DNA of 64,000 bases from Squalus acanthias (GCA_030390025.1 CM059425.1:51894001-51958000), one strand, 5' to 3'. Shown: positions 49,813 to 62,108, numbered from the stretch's first letter. The notes: a model not told the origin generated them from the sequence alone. Program-made: numbers and translations.

Positions 49813-50864
49813 TTGGCAGTTCTGTGGAAGAGTTGCACCTTAAATGTTAACTTGTTTATTCTCTCCACAGATGCTGACTGACCTCGGTGAGTACATCCAG
49901 CATTTTCTGCTATTTTATTTGAATAAGTTATAGATCAAGCAAAAGTTTGTAACCTTAGAATAAATCAGCCATTAGCTTTTCAGCAAATCTATACTTCCAT
50001 TGCTACACAGGGTTTCATTTTCCTCTGCTGTATTACAATGGATACAAACGTACCATAATTAGAACTAAATAAAGCATTTAAATTCTTTTGATCCAATAAT
50101 TCAAATTTCCATATATAATTATTTGTTCTTAGTAAGTCTCCAGCATTAGACTGAAATGCAAGACCATCTGGTGATACAAGCACAGAGATACATCAATTAA
50201 TTTACTGAAAATGGGACAGGCCTGCATGATCCTCAATTCTGAATGTGGATTTGCTGAATACGTCTGCATGGTTGCATTTAACTACTCTACTTAAATGATT
50301 TTCTATCATTTCTAAAATGCAAGCAAACAGGTGTTTAGATTAAAGGCTTTAAGGGTAAACCAAAATTTTAGGTACTAATGTTTTTACTCTTAACTACATT
50401 GTTACTCCTGACAAATTAAAAAGGGCCCTTACAATGTAACATTACTCAGTAAAAGACAATAAGATGAAACTAACTACAAAATTATACAGCAATGAAAATT
50501 CCTACACAATTAATAGAACAGACATCTTTATGAATTAATATGAGAACATTAAGGCTTTCCAAAACACTCAGATAGTTAAAGTGGTGTTTACTATTGAGGC
50601 AGCTTGTCTACTGAATTTGCATTTTTGGGGGATTATGTCAAAATTAAAGCGAAAAGAATTGATACATTTAAGAAAACTATTTTTTTTTTAAAAAAACCTC
50701 TAATCACAATAGTTATGGTATCATATGCAACCTAATCATTTAATTTGAACTCGTATTCAAAGAGATAAGAAAATATTACATAATCAGCAAAAAGGCAGTG
50801 CAAAGCGCCAACAGCATAAAGCCACAAAAAGTCAATAGGTTAATATTAAGAGTGTATACAACAC

Positions 50865-51080
50865 CTTAAATTCTTTGGCACACTTCCGATATTCAGCTAC
50901 ATCACAGATAGCTAGCATGCCACCCATCGAACTGTACGTATACTGCTGAAGGTGCTCATGAATTAGACGATGGAAGCGAACTCCAAATTCTGTCAGAACA
51001 GTATCCACATTCTTCCCATCCATCGAATTTCGATTTTTTTCTACTTGCTTTCCAACATAGCCACAGACTTTGACGCAAGC
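50865..51080 (-). CDS. EXOC5: EXOC5 penultimate coding exon (ACVKVCGYVGKQVEKNRNSMDGKNVDTVLTEFGVRFHRLIHEHLQQYTYSSMGGMLAICDVAEYRKCAKEFK)
   Basis: Overlaps ORF 50832..51023. Acceptor gggtag, donor gtgttg, 216 nt, phase 0 to 0. Confidence 0.96.
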
Positions 51081-52569
51081 CTACCCAAAAAGGTCATAGA
51101 AAGTGTGACATTAATACAGTTTGCTATTGTATTCTATTTAGTAAAAGCAGGACATTACGTTCTATACTAACCACAGTTGCTTCAAAACTATATGGTGACA
51201 AGACATTACAAACTATTTGTAATGGTTTCAAAGTTGGTAAATAATAACGAATAAACATTTAACTTGTTGTATGAACTTTTTTTTACCTGTAGCCCTCCAA
51301 AATATCACTTATGCACCAAATCAAGCTTTAATTTTTAAACCCAAATTTATGTACATCTATATTTAGTTTTCAAACATGAGAGGGTAAGCACACAACATTC
51401 GTATACAAAACATGCATCTCAAATTAACAAAGACTCGGGGAGCGGCTTTGCAATCAGACTCCTGCTGAGATTAGAACTTTGTGTTCCTAAAGCAGCTACT
51501 CCTATGTAGGCAACAAAATGAATGCAGACCCTGGCAAAACATCGCCATTTCTGTCTAAGGATCACTGCACAAAATACTGCCTCTGAGGTATATGCTCTTA
51601 TTACTATACTCTAGACCAAAACTTGACATGTCAATCTATTATCCCAGCTAGCTGTATTTGCCAAGAATTTTATTTTATACACAAATGTATGAGACCCTCA
51701 GCGGTCCTAACTGTAAGAAGTTCATTGTGTAATATGTTAAACTAGCCCAGTACGAAATTTGTGCATTTTGCAAATTCCAAATGTCGCCCAATTTCCAGAT
51801 TAGAGTTTAAACTGTGAGCAAGTGATGACTTATAAGATTAGCCCAACTGGCTTCCCTCTAGGGGAAAAAGGAAAGTAGTGGCTTCATCACGATCATGGAA
51901 GATATGTTCAATTACAGTAATGCCACAGAATCTTGTGTGGTAAAAATCAGGTAGCTCAAACTAAGCACATTAGGGCCTGGCATTTAAAAACCCAAGGTTT
52001 CCACAGATATCTGCCAAAGTTATGCCGGACGATCAGGAAAATCCCCAAAGAAATTAATGGTATAGAAAATGCAGCTCTTCCCAACTTTTCACCCAGGAGG
52101 TTTCATGCCATCTACCTAGATTGCATTCGGACTCCAATGGCAGAAATGAAGGCAATGTCCTAACTCTACAAGCCAACTATAGCTTGCCACATTAAACTCC
52201 TCCAACCATCCTATACTACAGTGGGCCATGATCGTGACAAAGCCACTGTTTTCCTTTTTTCCCCCCTAGAGGGAAGCCAGTTGGGCTAATCTTATGAGTT
52301 TTGTACTTGCCACATTAAACTCCTCCAACCATCCTATACTACAGTGGGCAGCAGGCTGTTAAAAGGTATGCAGAGGGAAAAGCTAGCTAATTCTGCTGCT
52401 AAGTCCATTGTTCCAAGACATGAACAACAAACACTGTGGAATTTATAGGAAAGCCCACTCCTTATTGATAACTTACATCAAAAACTTAAATCTCTCCAGA
52501 TATTGTAATAACAGTACAATTAAACATAAGCTATACAACAAATTTACCAAGTGTGGAGTGCTATCAACT

Positions 52570-52992
52570 GAGCTTGGCTCGTTTGGCTACACTTTTGTCT
52601 TAGTCAGATGATCAGGTTTCAAGCTCCATTCCAGGAATTGAGTATGTAATGTAGGTATATTTCAGTTCAGTACCAAGGGAGAGCTGCATTGATGGAGGTG
52701 TCATCTTTTGGATGAGACACTAAACCGAAGCATGTTGAGGTAACCAAGAGATTCTGTGGCACTCTTCAATGAGCAGAAAGCTCTCCAAGTGGTGTAGCCA
52801 ACATTCCCCCCTCAACCATTAAAAAGCAGATTTACTGATCATTCATTTGCTGTTTGTAGAATCTTCCCGTGTACAAATTGGCTGCCATGTTTTCTTACAT
52901 AACAGTGACTGCACTTCAAAAGTATTTTATTGGATGTGAAGTGCTTTGGAATGTCCCAAAGCTGCAATAAGACACTATAAAATGCAAATTCT
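52570..52992 (+). mobile_element. Deu-domain SINE, diverged
   Basis: tRNA-like head, Deu core ggatgagacactaaaccga and tail ctataaaatgcaa. Confidence 0.72.
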
Positions 52993-52994
52993 TT

Positions 52995-54213
52995 CTCAGC
53001 TCCCGACCTCATTACAGCCTTGGTCCAAACATGGACAAAGAAGCTGAATTCCAGAGGTGAGGTGAGAGTGACTGCCCTTGACATCAAAGCAGCATTTGAG
53101 TGAGTGTGGCAGCAAGGAGCCCTAGTAAAACTGAAGTCAATGGGAATCAGGGGGAAAACTCTCCACTGGCTGGAGTCATACCTAGCACAAAGGAAGATGG
53201 TTGTGGTGGTTCAAGGTCAATCATCACAACCCCAGGACATCGCTGCAGGTGTTCCTCAGGGCAGTGTCCTAGGCCCAACCATCTGCAGCTGCTTCATCAA
53301 TGACCTCTCCTCCAACATAAGGTCCGAAATGGGGATGTTCGCTGATGACTGCAGTGTTTAGTGCCATTCACAACTTCTCAGATAATGAAGCAGTCCATGC
53401 CCGCATGCAGCAAGACCTGGACAGCATTCAGGCTTGGGCTCATAAGTGGCAGGTAACATTTGCGCCAGGCAATGACTATCCCCAACCAGCGAGTCTAGCC
53501 ACCGCCCCTTGACGTTCAACGGCATTACCATTGCCGAATCCCCCACCATAAACATCCTGGGGGTCACCATTGACCAGAAACTTAACTGGACCTGCCACAT
53601 AAATACTGTGGCAACAAGAGCAGGTCAGAGGCTAGGTATTCTGCGGCGAGTGTCTCACCTTCTGATGTCCCAAAGCCTTTCCATCATCTACAAGGCACAA
53701 GTAAGGAATGTGATGGAATACTCTCCACTTGCCTGGATGAGTGCAGCTCCAACAACACAAGAAGCTCGACACCATCCAGGACAAAGCAGCCCACTTGATT
53801 GGCACCCCATCCACCACCTTAAACATTCACTCCCTCCACCACCAGCATACCAGGGCTGCAGTGTGTACCATCTACAAGATGCACTGCAGCAACTCGCCAA
53901 GGCTTCTTCAACAGCGCTTCCCAAACCCGCGACCTCTACCACCTAGAAGGACAAGGGCAGCAGGTGCATGGGAACACCACCACCTCCAAGTTCCCCTCCA
54001 AGTCACACACCATCCTGACTTGGAAGTATATCACCCTTCCTTCATCATCGCTGGGTCAAAATCCTGGAACTCCCTCCCTAACAGCACTGTGGGAGTACCT
54101 TCATCTCACGGACTGCAGCGGTTCAAGGCGGCGGCTCACCACCACCTTCTCAAGGGCAATTAATGCTGCCATGCCAGTGATGCCCATATCCCATGAACGA
54201 ATAAAAAAAAAAA
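52995..54213 (+). mobile_element. 5'-truncated LINE, same family as 1880-4069
   Basis: Near-identical to 2857-4069, with GVPQGSVLGP, FADD and a poly(A) tail. Confidence 0.93.
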
Positions 54214-54469
54214 TTCTCAACATAAAATTCAGTGAAGTAAAAAAAATAGGAGGCTAAAAAAAGTTAGCAATATAGATTCAGACTGAAAGCAGCAGCTATG
54301 GAGATAACCGATTGCAGATCAGTAATTCTACCCTAAAAACTTTCAGCACAATCATGTGACATGGTAATTTGGGGGATTAAATAGAACATACATTTTATAT
54401 GTACAATAAAATGGAGATTATTTTCTGTGATATGTTCTACAAACTGTACAGTGGTTTGTGGATACATAC

Positions 54470-54578
54470 ATTAGTATATTGTATTAGTACGTTGTTTTCA
54501 TCCTCCGGTTTGAAGTCTGTCTTTTTCTGTTCAACAGCCAGGATGTGCTTCATATGTCCAATCATGCAATTCAATGTC
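54470..54578 (-). CDS. EXOC5: EXOC5 coding exon (TLNCMIGHMKHILAVEQKKTDFKPEDENNVLIQYTN)
   Basis: Acceptor ctgtgaag, donor gtatgt, 109 nt, phase 2 to 0. Confidence 0.95.
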
Positions 54579-55329
54579 CTTCACAGAACAAAGTGGGTAC
54601 TTTTATTGTGAGATAGAGCAGTTACATTATTCTATGTTGGTACAGGATTACACAATTTTAAAAAAATGCAATGATGGAATAGCATATAATATTACAGATA
54701 GTGTAAATTTCAATCTAAATTCGGTGTAAAAAGAGCTAACTTTTGAAATATGTATATCTACAATACTTATAAACGTAAATGTTTGTTACTAGAGATTTCA
54801 GTAAAAAATTCTACGATCTACCGGAATTATACCAGAGATGAGATGGGATTGGTGCTAAGGCCATTGCTCTTTACTATTTTTATTAACGATCTAGATGTCA
54901 GTGTCGGGGGCACTATCTGCAAGTTTGCAAACGATAAGATTGTGTGTGTGTCAGGGCTATAGACGATGCTCGAATGCTTCAGGCGGATATTGAGGGATTG
55001 GGCTCATGACAGGCAAATGATGGTAAAGTGCAGTGTTATGCATGTAGGCTGGTGAATGCTGCACTCTTCAGGGAAAAGCATTAAAGCAGGTGGATGCCGA
55101 TTTGCTGAAATCCTTTAAGCGAGGGCTGGACTTGTTTCTGGCTGGGGCGGAGAGCACCTCGAAAGAAAGGTAGGTACTGCACAGTATTCAATCAGGGCCA
55201 GATTGCCCGAGGGGATCGGTGAGGAATTTCCCAGATTTGGTTCCCTTAAACTGGCCTGGGTTTTTAATCTAGTTTTTTGCCTCTCCCAGGAGATCACATG
55301 GTTTCAAGTCGGGTGGAGAGTGTTTATAC

Positions 55330-56051
55330 TGGTAATGACGGTGAACTAACAGCACTCGCTGTTATTACCCCTCTGAAACTGACCACAACATCAGGATTTA
55401 GCATACGCACACCTAAATGCGGAAATCCTGAAGCTGTGGTCATTCATTCACTGCTCCGACACGCTGTGGAAACCCCCCATAGCCGGTAATCAGTGGAAAT
55501 GATGAAAACTTGCGGTTTTCCTCGCTAATATTGCTATTAAAGACCCCATTAAATGTTAAGACTTGCTGGAATAGGTGTAACTGGGGTTTTAACAGTGTAT
55601 TGGCGATTAAACAACCGTTCCAGCCCTGAAAAACTAATTTTTATATTTGTGAAGAGTCAAATTTCTCCATTATGATAAAAATTTAAAAAATTTTTAAAAC
55701 TTTAAATTTTTTTCGAAGTTTGTTCATGATATTTCAGCTTCTACCTTATCCTCATGTAAATCTCCCAATCTTTATTTCGTTCTCTAACATTTAAAAAAAA
55801 TCCGGATAAAAGCTGCATTTCATTTCCTGGTTTGCTGTCTGAGAGAATTCTTCAACGATGTTTGGCTGCTTAGACAGCTTGTTGACGTCACTTCAGCTCT
55901 TTGCTTGGAATTCCCATTACAGAGTGCTACAATCAATTGCATGTCAAGAAAGCCAAACATTTCGCTAGAGACCGCGAGATCTCTGTGGGCAGCTTTATTC
56001 GAAGCCAGTGGCAAGCGCCTTTGCTTTGCCGCTGACCGCACATTACGGGCC
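55330..56051. mobile_element. MITE family B, copy 2
   Basis: Collinear with 12870-13602. Right end ccgcacattacgggcc. Confidence 0.78.
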
Positions 56052-56094
56052 ATTGTGATTCAAAGTAACACAATTGTCCATCACTGTTCTTATG

Positions 56095-56550
56095 TTCGTA
56101 TGAGGGATTTCAAGTTATGTGAAGAGATTAGAGAAGCTGGGATTGTTCTCCTTAGAGCAGAGAAAGTTAAGGGGAGATTTAATAGAGATGTTCAAAATTA
56201 CGATGGATAGAGTAAATAAGGAGAAACTGTTTCCACTGGCGGGTGGGTTGGTAACCAGAGGACACAGATTTAAGACAATTAGAAAAGAACCAGTGGAAAG
56301 ATGAGGAGAATTTTTTTTTGTTTAAAACGCAGGCAGTTATGATGATCTGGAATGCACTGTCTGAAAAGGTGGTGGAAGCAGATTCAATAGTAATTTTCAA
56401 AAGGGTATTGGATATATACTTGAAAAGGAAAATTTGCAGGGCTATGGGGAAAGAGCAAGGAAATGTGACTAATTGGATAGCTGTTTCTAAGAGCCGGCAC
56501 AGGCATGATGGGCCAAAGGCTCTGCTTCTGTGCTGTACAATTCTATGACT
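56095..56550 (+). mobile_element. CR1 LINE 3' fragment
   Basis: RLEKLGLFSLEQRKLRGDLIEMFKI, TRGHRFK and IWNAL, followed by the CR1 tail. Confidence 0.87.
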
Positions 56551-57194
56551 CTAAATTTACAAAACTGAGCTAGGCCACTGTATCTAATTTGGGAAACACT
56601 GCCATTGTAGTCTCAGAAGAGTCAAAAGACCTTGACATTAATAATTAAAAATAATTTGCTCAAGTAAAGACAGACATTTGCAATAAGAAACTGGTGGAAA
56701 TTAAACAAATGCTAAAAGAAATGTTTAGCTTTCACATAACCTGGAATCAAATCACTAGAACGTATATACTAGTTTACCATTGTGCTTGCCCATACAAATG
56801 TAAAATGCACAGTAATCAATCATGTAAGTGCCAGAGATTTTTCTGATAGAAAGTTAGATACTGTAGAACCTTCAAAATCTTTAAATTAAAATTAATTTAC
56901 ATTAGAAATGAAAATATACTCTCAATTTTCAATTACTGAAACTTTAGAATCTCCCATTCATTTGGATAAAAGGCTTTCTACAGTACAAAAAATGAATTTT
57001 TATGGGAGAAAAATGTTTATTTTGCCTAAGGATTAAGCAGCTTAAAGATAACACTGTTTAGTGAAAGGCTGTATCTAACAGATGTCTGATGGATGATTAA
57101 CCAAACGATAATGAGATGCTGCATAGACAGATGAAAAACTGAGGGGTTTAATGACATCCCTGAAATGGGCATGTTGTGATGAATTTATATTTAC

Positions 57195-57281
57195 CTGTCA
57201 ATGCCTGTATCCAGTTTAACTTCCATCTGTTCAATCACCTCTTTCTTCTTCTGCAGGCACTCAGTCAGTTTAGGAGAAGAG
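57195..57281 (-). CDS. EXOC5: EXOC5 coding exon (SSPKLTECLQKKKEVIEQMEVKLDTGID)
   Basis: Acceptor ttgcag, donor gtaaat, 87 nt, phase 2 to 2. Confidence 0.96.
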
Positions 57282-57924
57282 CTGCAAGTACAATTGTTAA
57301 ACCATAACCTTTACTTATTTTACTGCCCAGATTTTGAATCTCCCTTAGAGATAGAAGTGAGATTCTGTGAGAAAAGTTTATTTGCAACTTTTTTTCAAAA
57401 AAAAAGATCTTTTCTGGATTTTTGAAACCAACCAAAATCAATCATTTTCACAATGGGCATTAAGGATATTGTTTGACTATTTACTACATATATTAGATTA
57501 GGTTCCAAACTTTAAAAAAGTTTACATTGCTGTAAATGCACTTTGGAATCAGGTCCCTGTTTCCCTGACTGGCATGCAGAACTCAATTTGCTGGGAAGAT
57601 ATTGCTGTATTTTATGTTGCAAAATCTTCTCTTCACTTTAACAGTCCAGCCACATTTGTTTTTCAAATTACATGTCCTAAATTGTTGCAAAAGCGATCTC
57701 CATGAGAAGTTGTTCACCATTCCTCGATCTTTGTTGCTTATATAAACACGGAGGGTGCAGCACATTCATGATTGTGCAAATACTCCACATTAAGCAGGGA
57801 GGTACCCAGAAAAGTTAAGATCTGTTACATTTTTAAATTCTCGCTCGAATAAATGAGCTCCATATGATTATTTGCATAATAGTTATCAGTTAAAAGTGTC
57901 AGTCAATTAACAAAATTCTCTCAC

Positions 57925-58045
57925 CTAATCAGTGGCATGAGGTGGTCATTAAACTGTTTGTCAAACAAATGAAAAATGGTATTTGCCTGTTGTACAACAT
58001 CTAAAAAGTAAAGAATTGCAGTCTTGGAATCTGTAGACGGGATTG
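57925..58045 (-). CDS. EXOC5: EXOC5 coding exon (IPSTDSKTAILYFLDVVQQANTIFHLFDKQFNDHLMPLI)
   Basis: Polypyrimidine tract plus cag acceptor, donor gtgaga, 121 nt, phase 1 to 2. Confidence 0.96.
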
Positions 58046-58919
58046 CTGAGGGGGAAAAAAAAGAGACAACTTTTTCCTCAGATTTCAATCATGATAGAGG
58101 ACCAATTATTATCAGAACACACAGTTAATCAAATATTGTTTATCCGCTTTATTCATCACAGTTCACAGAAGCAGACTAATGTGGTACCCAAATTCAAAAA
58201 GTACGATAAAAGATACGGGCAACTACAGACTCATCAGTCTCATTTCAATTCTTTATAAAATAATGAAAATCAATTATCAGTAAACAGCAGTCAAAATAGT
58301 TTCACAAAGTGAAGTTCCTACCTCACCCATTCAATTTCTCAGAGGAAGAGACAACTCAAGTGGAATGGGAAAGTCCTGTGACATGGTTCACCACAACTTC
58401 CAAAAGGCTTTTGGTAAGTTCCAAACTAAAGGCTATTAGTTAAACTCAAAGCTGTGGGGATTCAGGGCAAATCTTGGGAATGGCCAAGAAATTCGTGTTT
58501 TTTTAATTTTAAAAAAAGTGTAGTTATGTCGAGATAAGTGTGGTGGGGTGTGTGGAGGGAACTGAATAGGGTACCAAGAAACAAAAGGAGACACTCAGGT
58601 GGCGGAAGAGTGGAGGTTAGAGCCATGAAGACGATTGTTAGTATGAAAAGTCTTAGTAACGAGGAAAGTGTGGAGAGAAGAGACCTGGGGCTTTCATCTT
58701 GGAAACTGGTATTTGTGAGGTGATTTTATAGAGTATGCAAGATAGTCAAGGGAGGAAAAAAGGTAAATCCAGAATATTACTTTAAATTAAATTGCATTGT
58801 CCCAGGTTCTAATTAGTAAAAAGAAAATTTAGGACTCATCAGGAAGTTCTTCTTCACACAAAGTAATCATTTTAGAAACTGTGCTGCAATGGGTGGATTG
58901 TAGGCCATTTCTAGATGGA

Positions 58920-59290
58920 TGAAGTAAGATGAAGTAAGCCAAAGGCTGCAGAGAGGTCAAGAAGGATGAGGCGGAATAATGGCACCACCATCACAGTGAA
59001 CGTCATTTGCGACTTTGGTTAGGGCCATTTCAGTGCTGTCTGAGGGACAGAAACCTGATTGGAATGATTCAAACATGGAGGTGCAGGGGAGATGGAAGAT
59101 AACATGTTCAAGGATGTTGGAGAGGAAAGGGAAGTTGGAGATGTAATGGCAGTTAGTGAGGGCACAGGGATCAAGGCTGTTTTTTTTTAAAAATGAGGCA
59201 GCAATATCAATGGTTTTGAAAGGGAGCTGAACAGCACCTGAGGAGAGCAATCCACTTGCAATAGCAGCTAAAATAGGGGGAAGAAGGGAA
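58920..59290 (-). mobile_element. Old L2 RT fragment
   Basis: ORF 58957..59334 has LKKNSLDP, ISNFPFLSNILEHV and FQSGF...STEMALTKVAND. Confidence 0.75.
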
Positions 59291-59381
59291 GTTGGCAGAT
59301 CATAAATTAAGTGAAAATACAAAATTTTACTCATTCACAGAGAAACTTCCATACAATGAACATTCCAATAATAGGAATTAC

Positions 59382-59490
59382 CTGCAAGTCCAATCTCTAG
59401 GGCATAGTCAATATGCTCAACACACAAATACTCCACGAGAATAGTAAATATTCGAAAAGCATTCTTTGGTAAATCAGAAGAGTCAGACAG
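59382..59490 (-). CDS. EXOC5: EXOC5 coding exon (LSDSSDLPKNAFRIFTILVEYLCVEHIDYALEIGLA)
   Basis: Acceptor tttatag, donor gtaatt, 109 nt, phase 0 to 1. Continues the EXOC5 frame. Confidence 0.96.
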
Positions 59491-59739
59491 CTATAAATAA
59501 AAAGATAGAATTAGTAAAAGTGGGCACTGCTTAATATAATAGTTATAATTGAGTTGGCACATAGAAAAACTTCTCCAAAATAACCTCTTGTAGGAGTTTC
59601 CAAAGTGGAAGACTGGAAGGCATCAACAGTGATACTCTACTATTTGTGGCCTACTTAAGGAAAACCACTGCACAGTTCCAATCTCAAAAGTACAATACAA
59701 TATTTTAAAAAATGATAGTTAATTTTGTAACATTCTTAC

Positions 59740-59887
59740 CCTATGACACCTCTCAAAGGCCTGTCTGGTTTCCTGCAAAAGATTGACAACTACCTCCTGT
59801 GACAGGAAGGTCTCACCATGTGTGTCAATACTTGGCCCCAGTGGTAAGTTGGTACGTTGGCGAATTCGCTCTTTTAGATCCTGAATC
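59740..59887 (-). CDS. EXOC5: EXOC5/Sec10 internal coding exon (IQDLKERIRQRTNLPLGPSIDTHGETFLSQEVVVNLLQETRQAFERCHR)
   Basis: Manual translation matches vertebrate EXOC5 as I recall it. Acceptor ttttgtag, donor gtaag, 148 nt, ends in phase 0. Confidence 0.96.
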
Positions 59888-59994
59888 CTACAAAATGCAC
59901 ATCCATTATTTTACAAAATAGTCCACAATTTAGGTGTACAAAGATTTACAACTGTACTTACTTATATAAAACCACAAACTTGTATAAAAGTATA

Positions 59995-60395
59995 GGTTGT
60001 GGGTTCAAGTCCCACTCCAGGAACTTGAGCACATAAATCTAGGCTGACACTCCAGTGCAGTGCTGAGGGAGTGCTACACTGTCAGAGGTGCCGTCTTTTG
60101 GATGAGACGTTAAAACCGAGGCCCCGTCTGCTCTCTCAGGTGGATGTAAAAGATCCCATGGCACTATTTTGAAGAGGAGCAGGGGAGTTATCCCCAGTGT
60201 CCTGGCCAATATGTATCCCTCAATCAACATAACAAAAACAGATTATCTAGTGATTATCACATTGTTGTTTGTGGGAACTTGCTGTGCGCAAACTGGCTGC
60301 CGCGTTTCCCACATTGCAAAAAGTACTTCATTGGCTGTAAAGCACTTTGAGACGTCCAGAGGTCGTGAAAGGCGCTATATAAATATAAGTCTTTC
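59995..60395 (+). mobile_element. Deu-domain SINE (SacSINE1-like)
   Basis: B-box gggttcaagtccc, Deu core and tail ggcgctatataaat. Confidence 0.87.
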
Positions 60396-60939
60396 TTATA
60401 ACATTAGCAAAAAAAAAAGTCGAGATCGCATAATGTTAAGTCACCTATCATTATAGCCCACAATGCTAGACTGGTGCCGGTCCCAACTGTTCTTGACGTT
60501 TTGTACTCATCTGAATTTACGTATTGTTATAGCCGTAACAGAACTTGTCCTTTTTTAGTGAGTTCAGGGCGCAAAATTACTGATCCCTAGTCTGTTCCAA
60601 TTCCCTTCAGGTTTACTGGGTAAAGGCAACTTGCTGTTTGCCCTCTCTGTGTGTAACTCTCACGCTATGTCTCTCTGTAAGGGTGTAACTCTGGTGCTCT
60701 CTCTCGGTCAGTGTGTAGCCCTCCAAAGTTTTCATTGCTTGAACAAATTTTAATGACCACAAAATGACCTGTTTGAATAGTTTACTCATAATTACTCCAT
60801 CTTCTTACAAGGGCAGGGCTACCTATCAGTGGAAGTTATTTAGGAGAGATTGTTACAGTAGTTTGTCACCCATAGCGGAGGTTATTTTACAATAATTGTG
60901 TCACTCAGGCAGCATTAGAAAATCTACAAATAACAATGA

Positions 60940-61690
60940 GATTCTGCCTTGAAGTGGGTCAGAAGGAGATTTCAGAAGTGACATGAAACAGTTATGCACT
61001 TCTAAACTGAAGAACGCTGACGCAGAACTTCTTGAATAGTTCAAGGCAGCGTGCTATAAAAATCTCCCCGGAGTTTTGGAACAAATTTTATTGGAAAAGC
61101 CCATCAAAATTGCACAAGATATCAGGTTTAGCGATCTCTAGTCAACTTTGGATAGATCAAGAAATGAAAGTGATCAGAGAAGTTAATAAAGTGACCCCTG
61201 AACTGACAAATGGTTTTCAGCAACTCTGCTTGCATTACTTCAAATCCACCAGCCTTGTGATCTGCTCAACTTTGATGAGATGGGACTTTTCTGGAAGCTT
61301 CTGCTGGTGGGAATCTCTGCTTTTACGACAGAAAGTGCGTTGGTGGGAAACATAACATGGAGCGCGTGACTCTTCTTCTGGGCGCTAATATGGACGGATC
61401 TGAGAAACTTCCTCTTCTGTTAGTCAGTATGTTTCAACAATGTTTGACACTTTCCTGGAGGCATCAATTACCATTTCAAATCAGCGATCTTGGGTGGCTT
61501 ATATGGTTTTAGTGCGTTTATCCTCTGGATAGAAAATTTCAAGCTCAGGGTAGAGGCGTGTTAATCATTATGGATAACTACCATGCGCATCCTGAAATTC
61601 CTGACCCAACGATTGCAGAACCTGTCAGTCTTACAAAGAATAGCACTTCTAAGCTTCAGCCGATGGAAGTTTCTGGCTAGAAAAAGAGAC
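60940..61690 (+). pseudogene. Tigger/pogo (Tc1-mariner superfamily) transposase relic
   Basis: Manual translation gives NFDEMGLFWK (61268), GGKHNMERVTLLLGANMDGSEKLPLL and IIMDNYHAHP (61564). These are pogo DDE_1 motifs in the expected order, frameshifted. Confidence 0.82.
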
Positions 61691-61697
61691 TAGCTGC

Positions 61698-62108
61698 TTT
61701 TTTTTTAATTTGTTTATGGGATGTGGGCGTCGCTGGCAATTCCAGCATTTATTGCCTAACCCTAATTGCCCTGGAGAAGGTGGTGGTGAGCCGCCTTCTT
61801 GAACCGTTGCAGTCCGTGTGGTGAAGGTACTCCGCAAGTGCTGTCAGGGAGGGAGTTCCAGGATTTTGACCCAGCGATGATGAAGGATCGGCGATATACT
61901 TCTAAGTCAGGATGGTGTGTGACTTGGAGGGGAACTTGCAGGAGGTGGTGGTGTTCCCATGCGCCTGCTGTCCTTGTCCTTCAAGGTGGAAGAGGTCGTG
62001 GGTTTGGGAGGTGCTGCCGAAGAAGCCTTGGCAAGTTGCTGCAGTGCATCTTGTAGATGGTACAAACTGCAGCCACGGTACGCCGGTGGTGGATGGGGTG
62101 CCAATTGA
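61698..62108 (-). mobile_element. 3' fragment of the LINE family at 1880-4069, interrupting the Tigger relic
   Basis: Reverse complement of the 3675-4069 region, with poly(A). Confidence 0.9.

Noticed and set aside
59995-60030. tRNA gene
   Set aside because: There is only a B-box-like SINE head, with no cloverleaf, followed by the Deu core.
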